Below, piece after piece: positions 10,301 through 22,300 of a stretch of DNA of 64,000 nt (position 1 is the first letter of the stretch; every line of letters starts with the position of its first letter). Made by a program: the position numbers and the translations under genes. The DNA is from Laetmonice hystrix. Taxonomy: Eukaryota. The stretch covers positions 4,836,001 through 4,900,000 of the forward strand of contig OZ249441.1 of assembly GCA_965235115.1 (NCBI GenBank), in the 5' to 3' direction. Under the pieces are notes generated by a model, which was given only the letters and a program-made list of their open reading frames with translations, was not told the origin of the DNA and made no database searches.

Positions 10301-13300
10301 TATGTCTATACCCCCTGGCTATCCCCGCCGGCAACGTTATCACAATATGCATATTTTGTTTCAAGGAGAATATCCACATACAAATGAATCTGTATCTGAC
10401 ATCAATAATACATTTTACATGTTTGGGGTTTTAAGATAAATTCATTAGCCACACAAAAAAAGCTCTCACTCACGGCTTGTTCACAGTTTATGTCTGATCG
10501 TCTCATGGTGTCATACATTGACATACAACACTACACCGTCACACACTGCTAGGCGACCATAGTATTAAATCAACTGCACTTGTATAACAACTCAAACCAG
10601 ACCCCCTGACGGGGAATCCCATTTCCTACATTCTATTCAGACTATTTTTAGAAACACTGACCCGCCATATTTGGTCTGCCCTCATAACACGAAAAAGCAT
10701 TACGGTAACGAAAGAAATGTGCCAAATGAACTATTTTTTTAGGTTCCAGTGTTAAATTGGTCAATAAAAGAGAACATCAAAACCCCCTGCCTTTGTTTTT
10801 TATTGTACTATCACCCTGTATATCATCATGCTGGTGCAGCCCTTCACTTACTCATAGAATGTACAACATGTACATCCAAACACCTAGCCCTGGTCCCCTC
10901 TGTGTCCCTGGCCCGTTTACTCTCAGCAAATATCCTGAGCTAATATCTGGCTTTACACAAACTGATCCTATCACTGTGTATCAGTGTCCCGTATCAAGGC
11001 GAGCCAGCGGGTTCTACTAGGCATACACTGGGTGCCGACCCACCCCCTACCACCCTCACTTTGTATCAGTGTCCCGTATCAAGGCGAGCCAGGGGGTTCA
11101 CTAGGCATACACTGGGTGCCGACCCACTCCCTACCACCCTCACTTTGTATCAGTGTCCCGTATCAGGGCGAGCCAGCGGGTTCTACTAGGCATACACTGG
11201 GTGCCGACCCACTCCCTACCACCCTCACTTTGTATCAGTGTCCCGTATCAGGGCGAGCCAGTGGGTTCTACTAGGCATACACTGGGTGCCAACCCACTCC
11301 CTACCACCCTCACTTTGTATCAGTGTCCCGTATCAAGGCAAGCCAGCGGGTTCTACTAGGCATACATTGGGTGCCGACCCACCCCCTACCACCCTCACTT
11401 TGTATCAGTGTCCCGTATCAGGGCGAGCCAGCGAGTTCTACTTGGCATACACTGGGTGCCGACCCACTCTCTACCACCCTCACTTTGTATCAGTGTCCCG
11501 TATCAGGGCGAGCCAGCGGGTTCTACTAGGCATACACTGGGTGCCGACCCACCCCCTACCACCCTCACTTTGTATCAGTGTCCCGTATCAAGGCGAGCCA
11601 GCGGGTTCTACTAGGCATACACTGGGTGCCGACCCACCCCCTACCACCCTCACTTTGTATCAGTGTCCCGTATCAAGGCGAGCCAGCGGGTTCTACTAGG
11701 CATACACTGGGTGCCGACCCACTCCCTACCACCCTCACTTTGTATCAGTGTCCCGTATCAGGGCGAGCCAGCGGGTTCTACTAGGCATACACTGGGTGCT
11801 GACCCACCCCCTACCACCCTCACTTTGTATCAGTGTCCCGTATCAGGGCGAGCCAGCGGGTTCTACTATAGGCACACACTGGGTGCCGACCCACCCCCTA
11901 CCACCCTCACTTTGTATCAGTGTCCCGTATCAGGGCAAGCCAGCGGGTTCTACTAGGCACACACTGGGTGCCGACCCACCCCCTACCACCCTCACTTTGT
12001 ATCAGTGTCCCGTATCAAGGCGAGCCAGCGGGTTCTACTAGGCATACACTGGGTGCCGACCCACCCCCTACCACCCTCCATATTCCCATGATCAAACTCT
12101 GACAGGATCACTGTGGAGATAGCTACATGACGTCATCTTTCTCAGTGGGTACTGTTGGCACCAGCATCCTCACTGATTTGACGTCACTCAACTAAAAATG
12201 AGCTTGCAAAATACAGCATACAACTCGGAGTTAGTGAAGGTTGTGAGGCCTCAACCAAAGTGGACAATTTACCCAGAGAGTGGAAAATAACAAAAGATCG
12301 GGATCAAGACCAGGACCCAGTTTGTAAAAACTTAACATCTTGCGTAAGTTTAAGGCTTCTGATTTGGCTGGTCTGCTTAGAACTGCCAATCAGAACCATC
12401 AAGCTTAACATTCAGCAAGATCTTTTAGTTGTTTCGAACCGAGCTCAGGAAAAACTTGTTATTCATTAGTCAATATCAACAGAGATCAACTTCTACACAC
12501 AGCAGTATCACTATATTCATGTTATATTTCATGAGAGGACTGAATCTAGTCAGATAGGACAGCAGACACAAGAGTGTATGTAGGTTTATCGTGTACACGC
12601 AAACTTTGAGATGTCACACAGCAAAACTTTAATTCCTATATCACCTGAATAATCATCATGATCATACGTATCATCTTGCAATACGGTGATTCCATCCAAG
12701 TCTGCTGGAATTAGATGAACATGTTCTCACAGCACGATGGTCCACTAAAATCCATGAGTTTATGCAAGAAATCACTTCTATTCTAATTTCATAACACTCA
12801 ACCTTAATGAAGGCAAATTAAAGGCATCATAGAAGTAAAAAGAAATGGAGATAAACTAAACTGTAAGACTCCTTATGCATAGCGCTATTAGAAAACTGTC
12901 AAGGAGCAATCAGAGAGAACTTTTGCTGCTTCACAGTTCGATAAGCTACAAATTGTTCTGTAGCTCTACTTCAATCACAGCAAATTGTGTCACCCTCAGT
13001 ATGTACAAAGAACCCGTGTAAAACAGAAAAATCACGCAAGATTCACACTGGATGTGTGAGTGTGAGTGAAGACGTAGTTCTGAGAATTGTAACTACCACA
13101 CAGAACAATGTAATGGTGTAACCCTCACATCACCTCTAACAGCACAATACGTACGGTCTCTGCCCACAATGCTTTCATCAAAGTTCACTGGAAATCAGAG
13201 CAACAGTCTTCATGTAAAGGTCACTGGTGTCATCAACATTTACATAGAAGAGCTGACTAGAGCAGTTACACAGAAACTGGAACAGCTAGCCGTCATTCAT

Positions 13301-16300
13301 GTAGAATTAGACCAAGCCAAGTAAAAATAGAAGGACCCCTGCTCGTTAGACAAGCAGCCAGCCGTCATTCATGTAGAATTAGACCAAGCCAAGTAAAAAT
13401 AGAAGGACCCCTGCTCGTTAGACAAGCAGCCAGCCGTCATTCATGTAGAATTAGACCAAGCCAAGTAAAAATAGAAGGACCCCTGCTCGTTAGACAAGCA
13501 GCCAGCCGTCATTCATGTAGAATTAGACCAAGCCAAGTAAAAATAGAAGGACCCCTGCTCGTTAGACAAGCAGCCGGCCGTCATTCATGTAGAATTAGAC
13601 CAAGCCAAGTAAAAATAGAAGGACCCCTGCTCGTTAAGTTCTTTCATGTAAGGCAATGCATCAAGTAGTAATTCTTCTTTCAAATATTTTAATTAAAACA
13701 TTTTGGACCCAGAGGATTCTTCAACAAAAAATGGCCAAATGATTATCTCCAAGACACACGAACACATTCGGATCGTATTTGCGGTATTGACTGTTTTTAT
13801 CTTTTCAATGACTATCTCCAAGCACACAAACACATTCGGATCGTATTTGAGGTATTGACCGTTTTTATCTTTTCAATGATTATCTCCAAGACACATGAAG
13901 ACATTCGGATCGTATAGGTACCGTATTGACTGTTTTTATCTTTTTCAATGATTATCTCCAAGACACACGAACACATTCGGATCGTATTTGAGGTAGTGAC
14001 CGTTTTTATCTTTTCAATGACTATCTCCAAGCACACAAACACATTCGGATCGTATTTGAGGTAGTGACCGTTTTTATCTTTTCAATGACTATCTCCAAGC
14101 ACACAAACACATTCGGATCGTATTTGAGGTATTGACCGTTTTTATCTTTTCAATGATTATCTCTAAGACACATGAACACATTCGGATCGTATTTGAGGTA
14201 GTGACTGTTTTTATCTTTTCAATGACAATCTCAAAGACACACAAACACATTCGGATCGTATTTGAGGTATTGACCGTTTTTATCTCTATCTCCAAGACAC
14301 ACGAACACATTCGGATCGTATTTGAGGTATTGACCGTTTTTATCTCTATCTCCAAGACACACGAACACATTCGGATCGTATTTGAGGTATTGACCGTTTT
14401 TATCTTTTCAATGACTATCCCCAAGACACACGAACACATTCGGATCGTATTTGAGGTATTGACTGTTTTTATCTTTTCAATGACTATCTCCAAGACAAAC
14501 GAACACATTCGGATGGTATTTGAGGTATTGACCGTTTTTATCTTTTCATTTATTTATTGTAAAACAGGAAATCCAGAACGTAGTCTCGCTTCCTCTCCAC
14601 CACGATTAATTAGGCAGCAAGACCAGAACAAACCCCACATCTAATTAGCCGAGAATGCCTGACATACCTGGGTAAATGATTACTCAACGAGTTTTTTTTT
14701 TCACGTCATAAATATTTTTTATGATCACGGTGCACATATTTATTTAGGGTCGGTTGTTTTCTAGGGCCAGGCCCAAGGCTTCACAAACCCGGCCATCATG
14801 TACAGTACTGGGTCTGAGTGAACTGGTTAGAGTGAACAATTAGTGTCATGGCGAGTGGACCCAGCTACAGTGAACTCGCCTGGTCGAACTGGCACCAGAA
14901 GACGGATGACAGTCGAGGAGGGGGGGGGGTGTCGGCGAGGGGAGGGGGGGTTAAATTATCCTACAGGACATCACTGAGTCATCCCCTACCCCCCACATCA
15001 TCGACATCGTGGACTTAATCACGTCACTCTATTCTGAAACCTTTGACATCATGAGCTGTTAATAAATATCACATCACAAATACATCACATTTCACAGTCA
15101 TCAAGTGGTCAAGTGGTAAAACACATACCAGTCACACAGAATGTGAACTCAAGTGGTAAAACACATACCAGTCACACAGAATGTGAACTCAAGTGGTAAA
15201 ACACATACCAGTCACACAGAATGTGAACTCAAGTGGTAAAACACATACCAGTCACACAGAATGTGAACTCAAGTGGTAAAACACATACCAGTCACACAGA
15301 ATGTAAACTCAAGTGGTAAAACACATACCAGTCACACAGAATGTAAACTCAAGTGGTAAAACACATACCAGTCACACAGAATGTGAACTCAAGTATTTCA
15401 GTCTCCACCTGACATTTAACTGTGCTCAAGTGGTAAAACACATACCAGTCACACAGAATGTGACCTCAAGTGGTAAAACACATACCAGTCACACAGAATG
15501 TGACCTCAAGTGGTAAAACACATACTAGTCACAGAATGGGAACTCAAGTGGTAAAACACATACTAGTCACAGAATGGGAACTCAAGTGGTAAAACACATA
15601 CCAGTCACACAGAATGTGAACTCAAGTGGTAAAACACATACTAGTCACAGAATGGGAACTCAAGTGGTAAAACACATACCAGTCACACAGAATGTGACCT
15701 CAAGTGGCAAAACACATATCAGTCACACAGAATGTGACCTCAAGTGGTAAAACACATACCAATCACACAGAATGGGAACAAGTGGTAAAACACATACCAG
15801 TCACACATAATGTGACCTCAAGTGGTAAAACACATACCAGTCACACAGAATGTGACCTCAAGTGGTAAAACACATACCAGTCACACAGAATGTGAACTCA
15901 AGTATTTCAGTCTCCACCTGACATTTAACTGTGCTCTAATCACTGATCGTCACTCTGTTTTGGCTCCGCCCCCATAAATGGGAGCTAACCTTTACACCTG
16001 ATGAACTGCAGTTCGTCAAACTGGGTGTGTTGATTAACAATATCCAATCCCCCCACCCCGCCCGCCACAAAAATAAGAGAAAAGCAACAGAAATCACTCC
16101 AAATGGGCTAAATATTTTCATACGGATCACTATACCACTACCTACGCTAATTATCTGATAATCAGGGCATCCGCCAGAGGGGGGGACGGGGGGGATTTAT
16201 CCCCCCCCCCATGAATGGGACATGAGGGGGATATCCCCCCCATAAATCTGCAGAGCAGTGTTTTTTTTTAAGCTATTCTCGCTCTGAGAGGCCAGGAAAA

Positions 16301-19300
16301 CGCATCTCCGGAGTTCATGAAAAAAAAATTTCTGGGGGAGGGCCCCCCGTCCCCCCATTAATTATTTTCTGGCGGAAACCCTGATAATAATGTGTTTTGA
16401 TAAAAATATTTTAACCATACAAAATATTGTGTTTGGTTTTCCGAACGAAACAATAATCTGACAAGAGGTTTGTTTTATTTTCTGAGAGTAGATGTTTAGG
16501 GAGTCGTTTCCCGTGAGTCAGTGTGTGTAATCAGTGATTAATAAGAGCTTGGGTGAATTGGGTGGGCGTGCCATGGCTGGCCGGCTGTGCGTTCACATCC
16601 AGGGTTTAACGGGACCTCTTAGTGAAGGTGGCTCGCTGCCATGGCCGGCTATTGGACCGTACAGTTCTACCTGATGGCTGATGCCTGCTGCCTGCTGCTG
16701 CTGGCATCTAAACCAAGCAGATACTTCTGCCTGCGCCGCTTCCCTACTCCCCCGTGAATACCATGTATAGGTGCATTTCTTCAGTCGTTTTATTTTTCAA
16801 AGTTCCAGATAAACGGCAATAACCAATGTGGACAACACAAATCATTGCCCCCTCTGGCTTAATTCCACTGGTCACCAAATACATATCGGTCACACGGCTA
16901 GCTCCTCAATACATGTATGTACTATGACTGTTTAACCAAATGGCCAAATTACTACATATTCACTAGTAGAACTGTCTGAAATCAGAATACTTTTTCAAAA
17001 ATTTTTACCAGGAAATAAAGTCTACACAATCTTCTCTGGGCTGTCAGTTGAGACGACCTGATTTTATCCTCATGTCTACAGGGTAAAAGGATGACTACCA
17101 GATATAAATGATCCAATTTTCTTTACCTTCCTTCTTCGAGAGGAATGGTCTCAACTATAAATTGCCCCTATGTTCAGTGCCCAATAAGTACCGCAACTAG
17201 TACATCCTAGTAGTACAGCACTTACATTTACTGGCAGTAACCATAATTAACCTACATCAATATGCAATAGAAGGTACACATTACTGGCAGCAAATAACAC
17301 TGTCTAAACATCCTAGATGGGCCAGCAATACTGACTTATTATAATACTTACTCTGAAATTATTCCACAAACGTCCTGTTCCCACTACAGGCGACAACAGC
17401 CAGAATACACCCGACTTCTACATGCCATTATTTACCCTTCCAGATAGGCCTCACTCTGGTCATCTGTACAATATTAGCTTTGTGACCTGACATTCGATAT
17501 GATAAGACAGGTCTATTGACTCGGAGTAGATCCCGGTTTGGAGTTCCTTTTATAGGATTCTCACATTGCGCTGAGCAGGAATTTGTCATGCTAAATTTGC
17601 TGAATGTCCAAAAATTGCCCGACAGTGCCAAAATTATTGAATTTATGATTTTTCACTGAACAGACCCAATGTTTGAAAATTTACAGGGCTTCTTGCTCTC
17701 ATGATACCCGGCGTAACTGTGAGTGTGACTGCAGCAGTTATCCTCAGCACAGGCCGCAATGTCAAACTTTAGACATGGGAGGTAGTGAGACCTTCTGCTT
17801 GCTGCCAGCACCATCCACAGAATTTCTTCCTAGGACTTGGTCCTAACATCTGACAGCAGTTTATGGGTCCATGCATTGAGGTTTACAGGATGTAAGGTAT
17901 TTATTTACCATGAACCTCTATTATTGGTACATGTTTCTTGTGTTTCATGATTTTTAACATCACACTTTACCATTTTCTGGTGTAAAACAGCTCAAAATAT
18001 GAGCAAGGAAACTTTTGGATTATTTTACCGAGAGTCCTTATACCGGGGTAATTATGTTTGGGCAGATTCCCACTGGACCACGGGGGGGGGGGAGATGCAA
18101 AGAAATAAATGCATGCACAAGTGACTCCTAAATTGACAGCGTTTTCCCCTGTCTGTCGATTGTCTACGAATTTTAAACATCATTTCCACTCTTTCCCTCT
18201 GACGTCTAAAAGCTGATCTCCTCTGTAGAATGACCACTCTAGATACATTTGACACCTACCTGCTGATTGGACATGCTGATCACGCAATATATCCGACCGC
18301 CCGTCACGGTTACGTGTGACAGGTGTACGTCTTTTGATTGCACCTCTTCTCTGCATTTATTATCCCGACACTGTGCGCCTCAGTTAGTTCAGTCAACCAT
18401 GTGACGGCATAACGACTGAGCAGAGAGTGATATGGTCGGATACAACCGGTCTTCCTAGAAACTGGCAATCTTTTTCACTGTTTCACTTTTAAATGTTGCC
18501 TGTGAAGTGTTGAAATGTGATATTTTCCATAAACTTTTCACAGAATACAATACACAGTGTAAATGCTCTGCAGGTACTTCCTTTTCTCCACGCAAGAGAA
18601 GATATTATCAGGCAGACAGCAGAAAGAACTGACTTTGTGACGCCAAGTGTTTGGTGTGCTCTGAACCATGTGCCAACATGGAGTGAACATTCATGGAATG
18701 GAAAAGTTGTCGCTGACCACATCGAGTTTTGCTCATAATTCCGGAAAGTTCTCTAGCCTCCTGCTGTTATGAAGGGGGTGGGGGAGGGGGCTCCTGCCTG
18801 TCTGCTGTCATATCAACATGACCAAAGACTGCCCCGTCACAGCCCCCTCCTGTCTGAGGTGTGTGCCAAGGGTAAAAACCCGTGTCACTTCCTTTGGTTA
18901 GAACTTATGATGATCATTTTGAAGTTATTGCACCACTTGAGGAGGCTGCCTTGACCTGAGGTCCTTCCGTTCGTCAGTCAGTGTGCTGGGTCGCTGTGTG
19001 GTGAAGTTCAATCAGATGATGCCATTGGCGCTCTGTGACGACAGATCATCCTGGTAGAGTCCCCGCCTACTGTCAGTCAGTCAGTGGGATGGACTGCCTG
19101 TAAAGTCCTGGTTCAGTGCACTCCATGACACAATACGACCTAGTTGTGTCACAAGATGTGTGCCTTGCCTCGTAGCTAGGTAAGCCTCCATCTCTATAGT
19201 TCTTACGACATCTCTATGGTACAAAACTGTGTCCCCGATACGTGCATGCCACCTGGGTCACACCGACATAGTTCTGATCCATGTTGGATTCCTGGTACTT

Positions 19301-22300
19301 TGACCATCCAGGAAGACCTCCTGATGCAGAATTCCTGAGTATGCCTCAACTGCCTAAAACTGACGCTAGTCCTGATCAGGCTCTGATATATGCCACTGTG
19401 TTCAGATCATTACACGAGCACCAAAGTCACCAGCCAATAATTGGCATACAATGAATATAAGCCAGAAACGTTTTCGCCGGTCAACCAACTAGTTTTTACG
19501 TAGGTCGTCCAGTACAAGCCAGGGAGAAGTTAATCAAGCCAGAATGTACCATGGTGCTGTTGGTAGCACCCCTACAGGCCGGGTGCTGGAGGGAGAAGGG
19601 GCACGAGGACTACAGAAGGCTTCCCTCCTGGAGGAGGTGCACCCTCCCTCCCTGATTATCCCTTCCCCAGATCAGGCGGATCACAGGCCTCGTCAGTCTA
19701 CCAACCTGAGTGTAGTTCACCCACAACTGGCTGTTCCTACCTGCCCAGAGTCTGCAGATAAAGTGGCCAACAACCTACCTTCTTGAATAGTCGACATCTC
19801 GGCAGGTATAAAGTTGGATAACTTATAGATCTAAATAATTCATATCAGAAAAAGGTTTGTTAAAGATCACTCTAAATAATATCAATGTCATTACAAACCA
19901 GCTCAGGGTCCACGAATCTCATGTCTTCTATAAATACATGCAAAATGCACACAGAGATTTATATCTTAATGCACCCAGTCCTTGACAGCTCAATGAAAGT
20001 CACTGACTCAAGTCTGTAGGTCTCCAAGAAGAGTTTACTGTATGAGAACAGTTACTGGTGCCTTCCAGTGTTACTGTAGTCTACCGGTGTTATGCTGAGA
20101 AACCGGGCCAGTGAGCATCCAGGTCACCTCCGCCCAGACTGTGGCACTGACTCCCTCCACTGTTTTCTATTTACCTGCTCATGCCGGGTCCACGCAGGCG
20201 CATATATATTTCCCACTGGTTTGATTCTGAGATAACTTTGGCGACCTTTCCCATGTACGATACCTGTAAAGGTCTTGGTGATCAAGACACCGGCAGAATC
20301 TGTAATGTGTTGGTATGATCTTGTCACTGACTTGACTCAGAATATGTGTGGACACCCACAGGCCAACACTTTACGACTTGATGACGCCTTCGCAAAGAAC
20401 CAAATAAAAAAACCGCATAGCTCACTCAACTTCCCCATACAATTGGTTGACGAGACTATAGTACAGAGCATGGCCAGCGTGAATAACTCAGCCCACCTGT
20501 GTCATGAAAGGGGCGTCCATAAAGACCATAATGTACCCCCTAAAATTCTGAATTTTGCTCTTGTCATCATTTCTATTGACCATGTGTTTCGTGAACCATT
20601 ACCTATAAAAATCTCTTCTCACAGGATGTATATGTACACCTCTCCAAGTGATACTTTAAAAAACATATTTTCGAAAGGAAAAAGTTAGAGTGCCTTGCCA
20701 ACATTCATTTCAAGTCACTTTACTTTCAATTTCATCTTGAAAAACCATCTTGGAGACTGTGCCTGTTTGATTGTTAAAGACTCCCTCTAAGTTCTAACAA
20801 TATGAGGTACACCTGTACCAGTACATCTTTCCCAGTTTACTATTTAAAGGAGACTGTAATGTCCATTTCAGGATAAGCAGCATCATAATAAATTAAAACA
20901 CTGTTAATTAATCTATTTCATACTCGACATCCTTTTTGTTGATGTGAAACAATACTGTACAGTAAAAAACCTGTGCAACATCTTGATAATTTCATGGTTT
21001 TCAAAAACTGAATGAACCTCAAATCTAGCTCAGCAATTAGGTTGTGATGACAACCAACACAGGGCTTGAAAAAACCACCATCCGAGATGACTAAGATATC
21101 TGGTCCTGCTTTGGGCAAGTAAAATATAATGTTCATTGTCTGATCGGATGAGTGTGGAAACTAGTAAGAAAAGAAACAACCTTCTGTGGTGAATGCATGC
21201 ATGCCTTCATTATGGTTGATAATGTCTCTAGGAAACACTCCCCCAGAGACAGGAGATAATTATCAATAGGTTCTCCAGCATTTCAAGAAAATACATTGAT
21301 GACAAATTCGGTTCAAAATACACATGCAAGACATACAACATGTATATTTATGAGCTGAATTCAACGGTGAAAGCAACAATGTTGAAATTAAAGGATTTTG
21401 GGGCAAGTGAAATACTGTCAGGCAAGTGGCTGATGGCTGCTGCTTGCCCGCAGGGCAAGTGGAGTTGACAGATTATTTTTGGCTCTGCAACAAAACATGT
21501 ATACACCAGTTTCCCTACATTTGTGAAACGGACATAATTACATAAATCTGCATTCAGACATCTTTTTTCAATCCTGAAAACCATTCTATTTCAGAGATTC
21601 CTGTCCAAAAGGGGTCCCTGAAAAATTCACAGTCTTACAGGCCTTGCCATTGCCATTGCGTGCCTAAAATCTGCACTAGGGGTCATTACTAATACTCTTT
21701 TCTTAAGACAAAGCCCGATATCTCACATGTTCAAGACAGTTTCAAATATAATACACAGTACTAGTACTACTACTAGTGCCCTGCAGTACACGACTTAGCT
21801 TCTGCAGCCATGCATGTAGGTTTGTTGTGAGAATAATTTTTCATATTTTATGCATGGTGCATACTGTGCATACATTCACCAATTTAAGAGCTGTATTGGT
21901 AAAATTAAAAAGTATTGAGGGCCCTCCTGCATCTCACTGGCCACTTGAAGGATAATCTGTACTGTAGGTAACTGGTACCGGTTAACAGTAACTCGTGTGT
22001 AGGTAATAGTTTTAGTAATGCGTGTCTCACCTCTCTTGACCACTTTGGCACCCGACGACGGAGCGGGGCCCATCTTGAGGCCTTCCTTCCCGAGTTTGTT
22101 TGCCATTTCAGCCACGTGGCTGCCAGGGTTTTTCTTGGGGGCATCCTTTAGTTTTGCCTTCTCTTCCTTCCTCAGCTCCTGCAGAAAAAAAATATGAATG
22201 ATTCACAGGTACGGTTTTCAGAGGCAGTTCTCACTTAATTCAGCTTCTATTTCTAAGAAAGTCCTTACCACTATTAACAGACGTAATCATAACGCCCCTT

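Noticed and set aside
10186-10330. Donor-like ACAG|GTGAGT on the minus strand with a short upstream open frame
   Set aside because: The open frame ends in phase 2, has no ATG or good acceptor, and is bounded by TAG. The phase-1 frame has an immediate stop.
10984-12102. Many overlapping ORFs with repeated [20 protein letters not shown] peptides
   Set aside because: They are products of the 85-bp minisatellite. The unit is not a multiple of 3, so each frame cycles into a stop, and the region is intronic with no homology.
13812-14644. 23-aa repeat ORFs on both strands (139 and 170 aa)
   Set aside because: A 69-bp unit keeps frames open trivially. There is no recognisable domain or exon context.
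10972-15936. CRISPR-like appearance of regular repeats (also at 23811, 46007 and 58366)
   Set aside because: The units are head-to-tail with no unique spacers, there are no cas genes, and the context is eukaryotic introns.
18260-18274. Possible alternative first exon ATGTCCAATCAGCAG|GTAGGT (MSNQQ) on the minus strand
   Set aside because: It ends in phase 0 and cannot join the phase-1 SH3B acceptor at 9178. No intermediate exon was found, although a non-coding role is not excluded.
18738-18752. Perfect three-unit heat-shock element aTTCcgGAAagTTCt
   Set aside because: With nine fixed bases and two orientations, about 0.5 hits are expected by chance in 64 kb, and it is not near a supported TSS.
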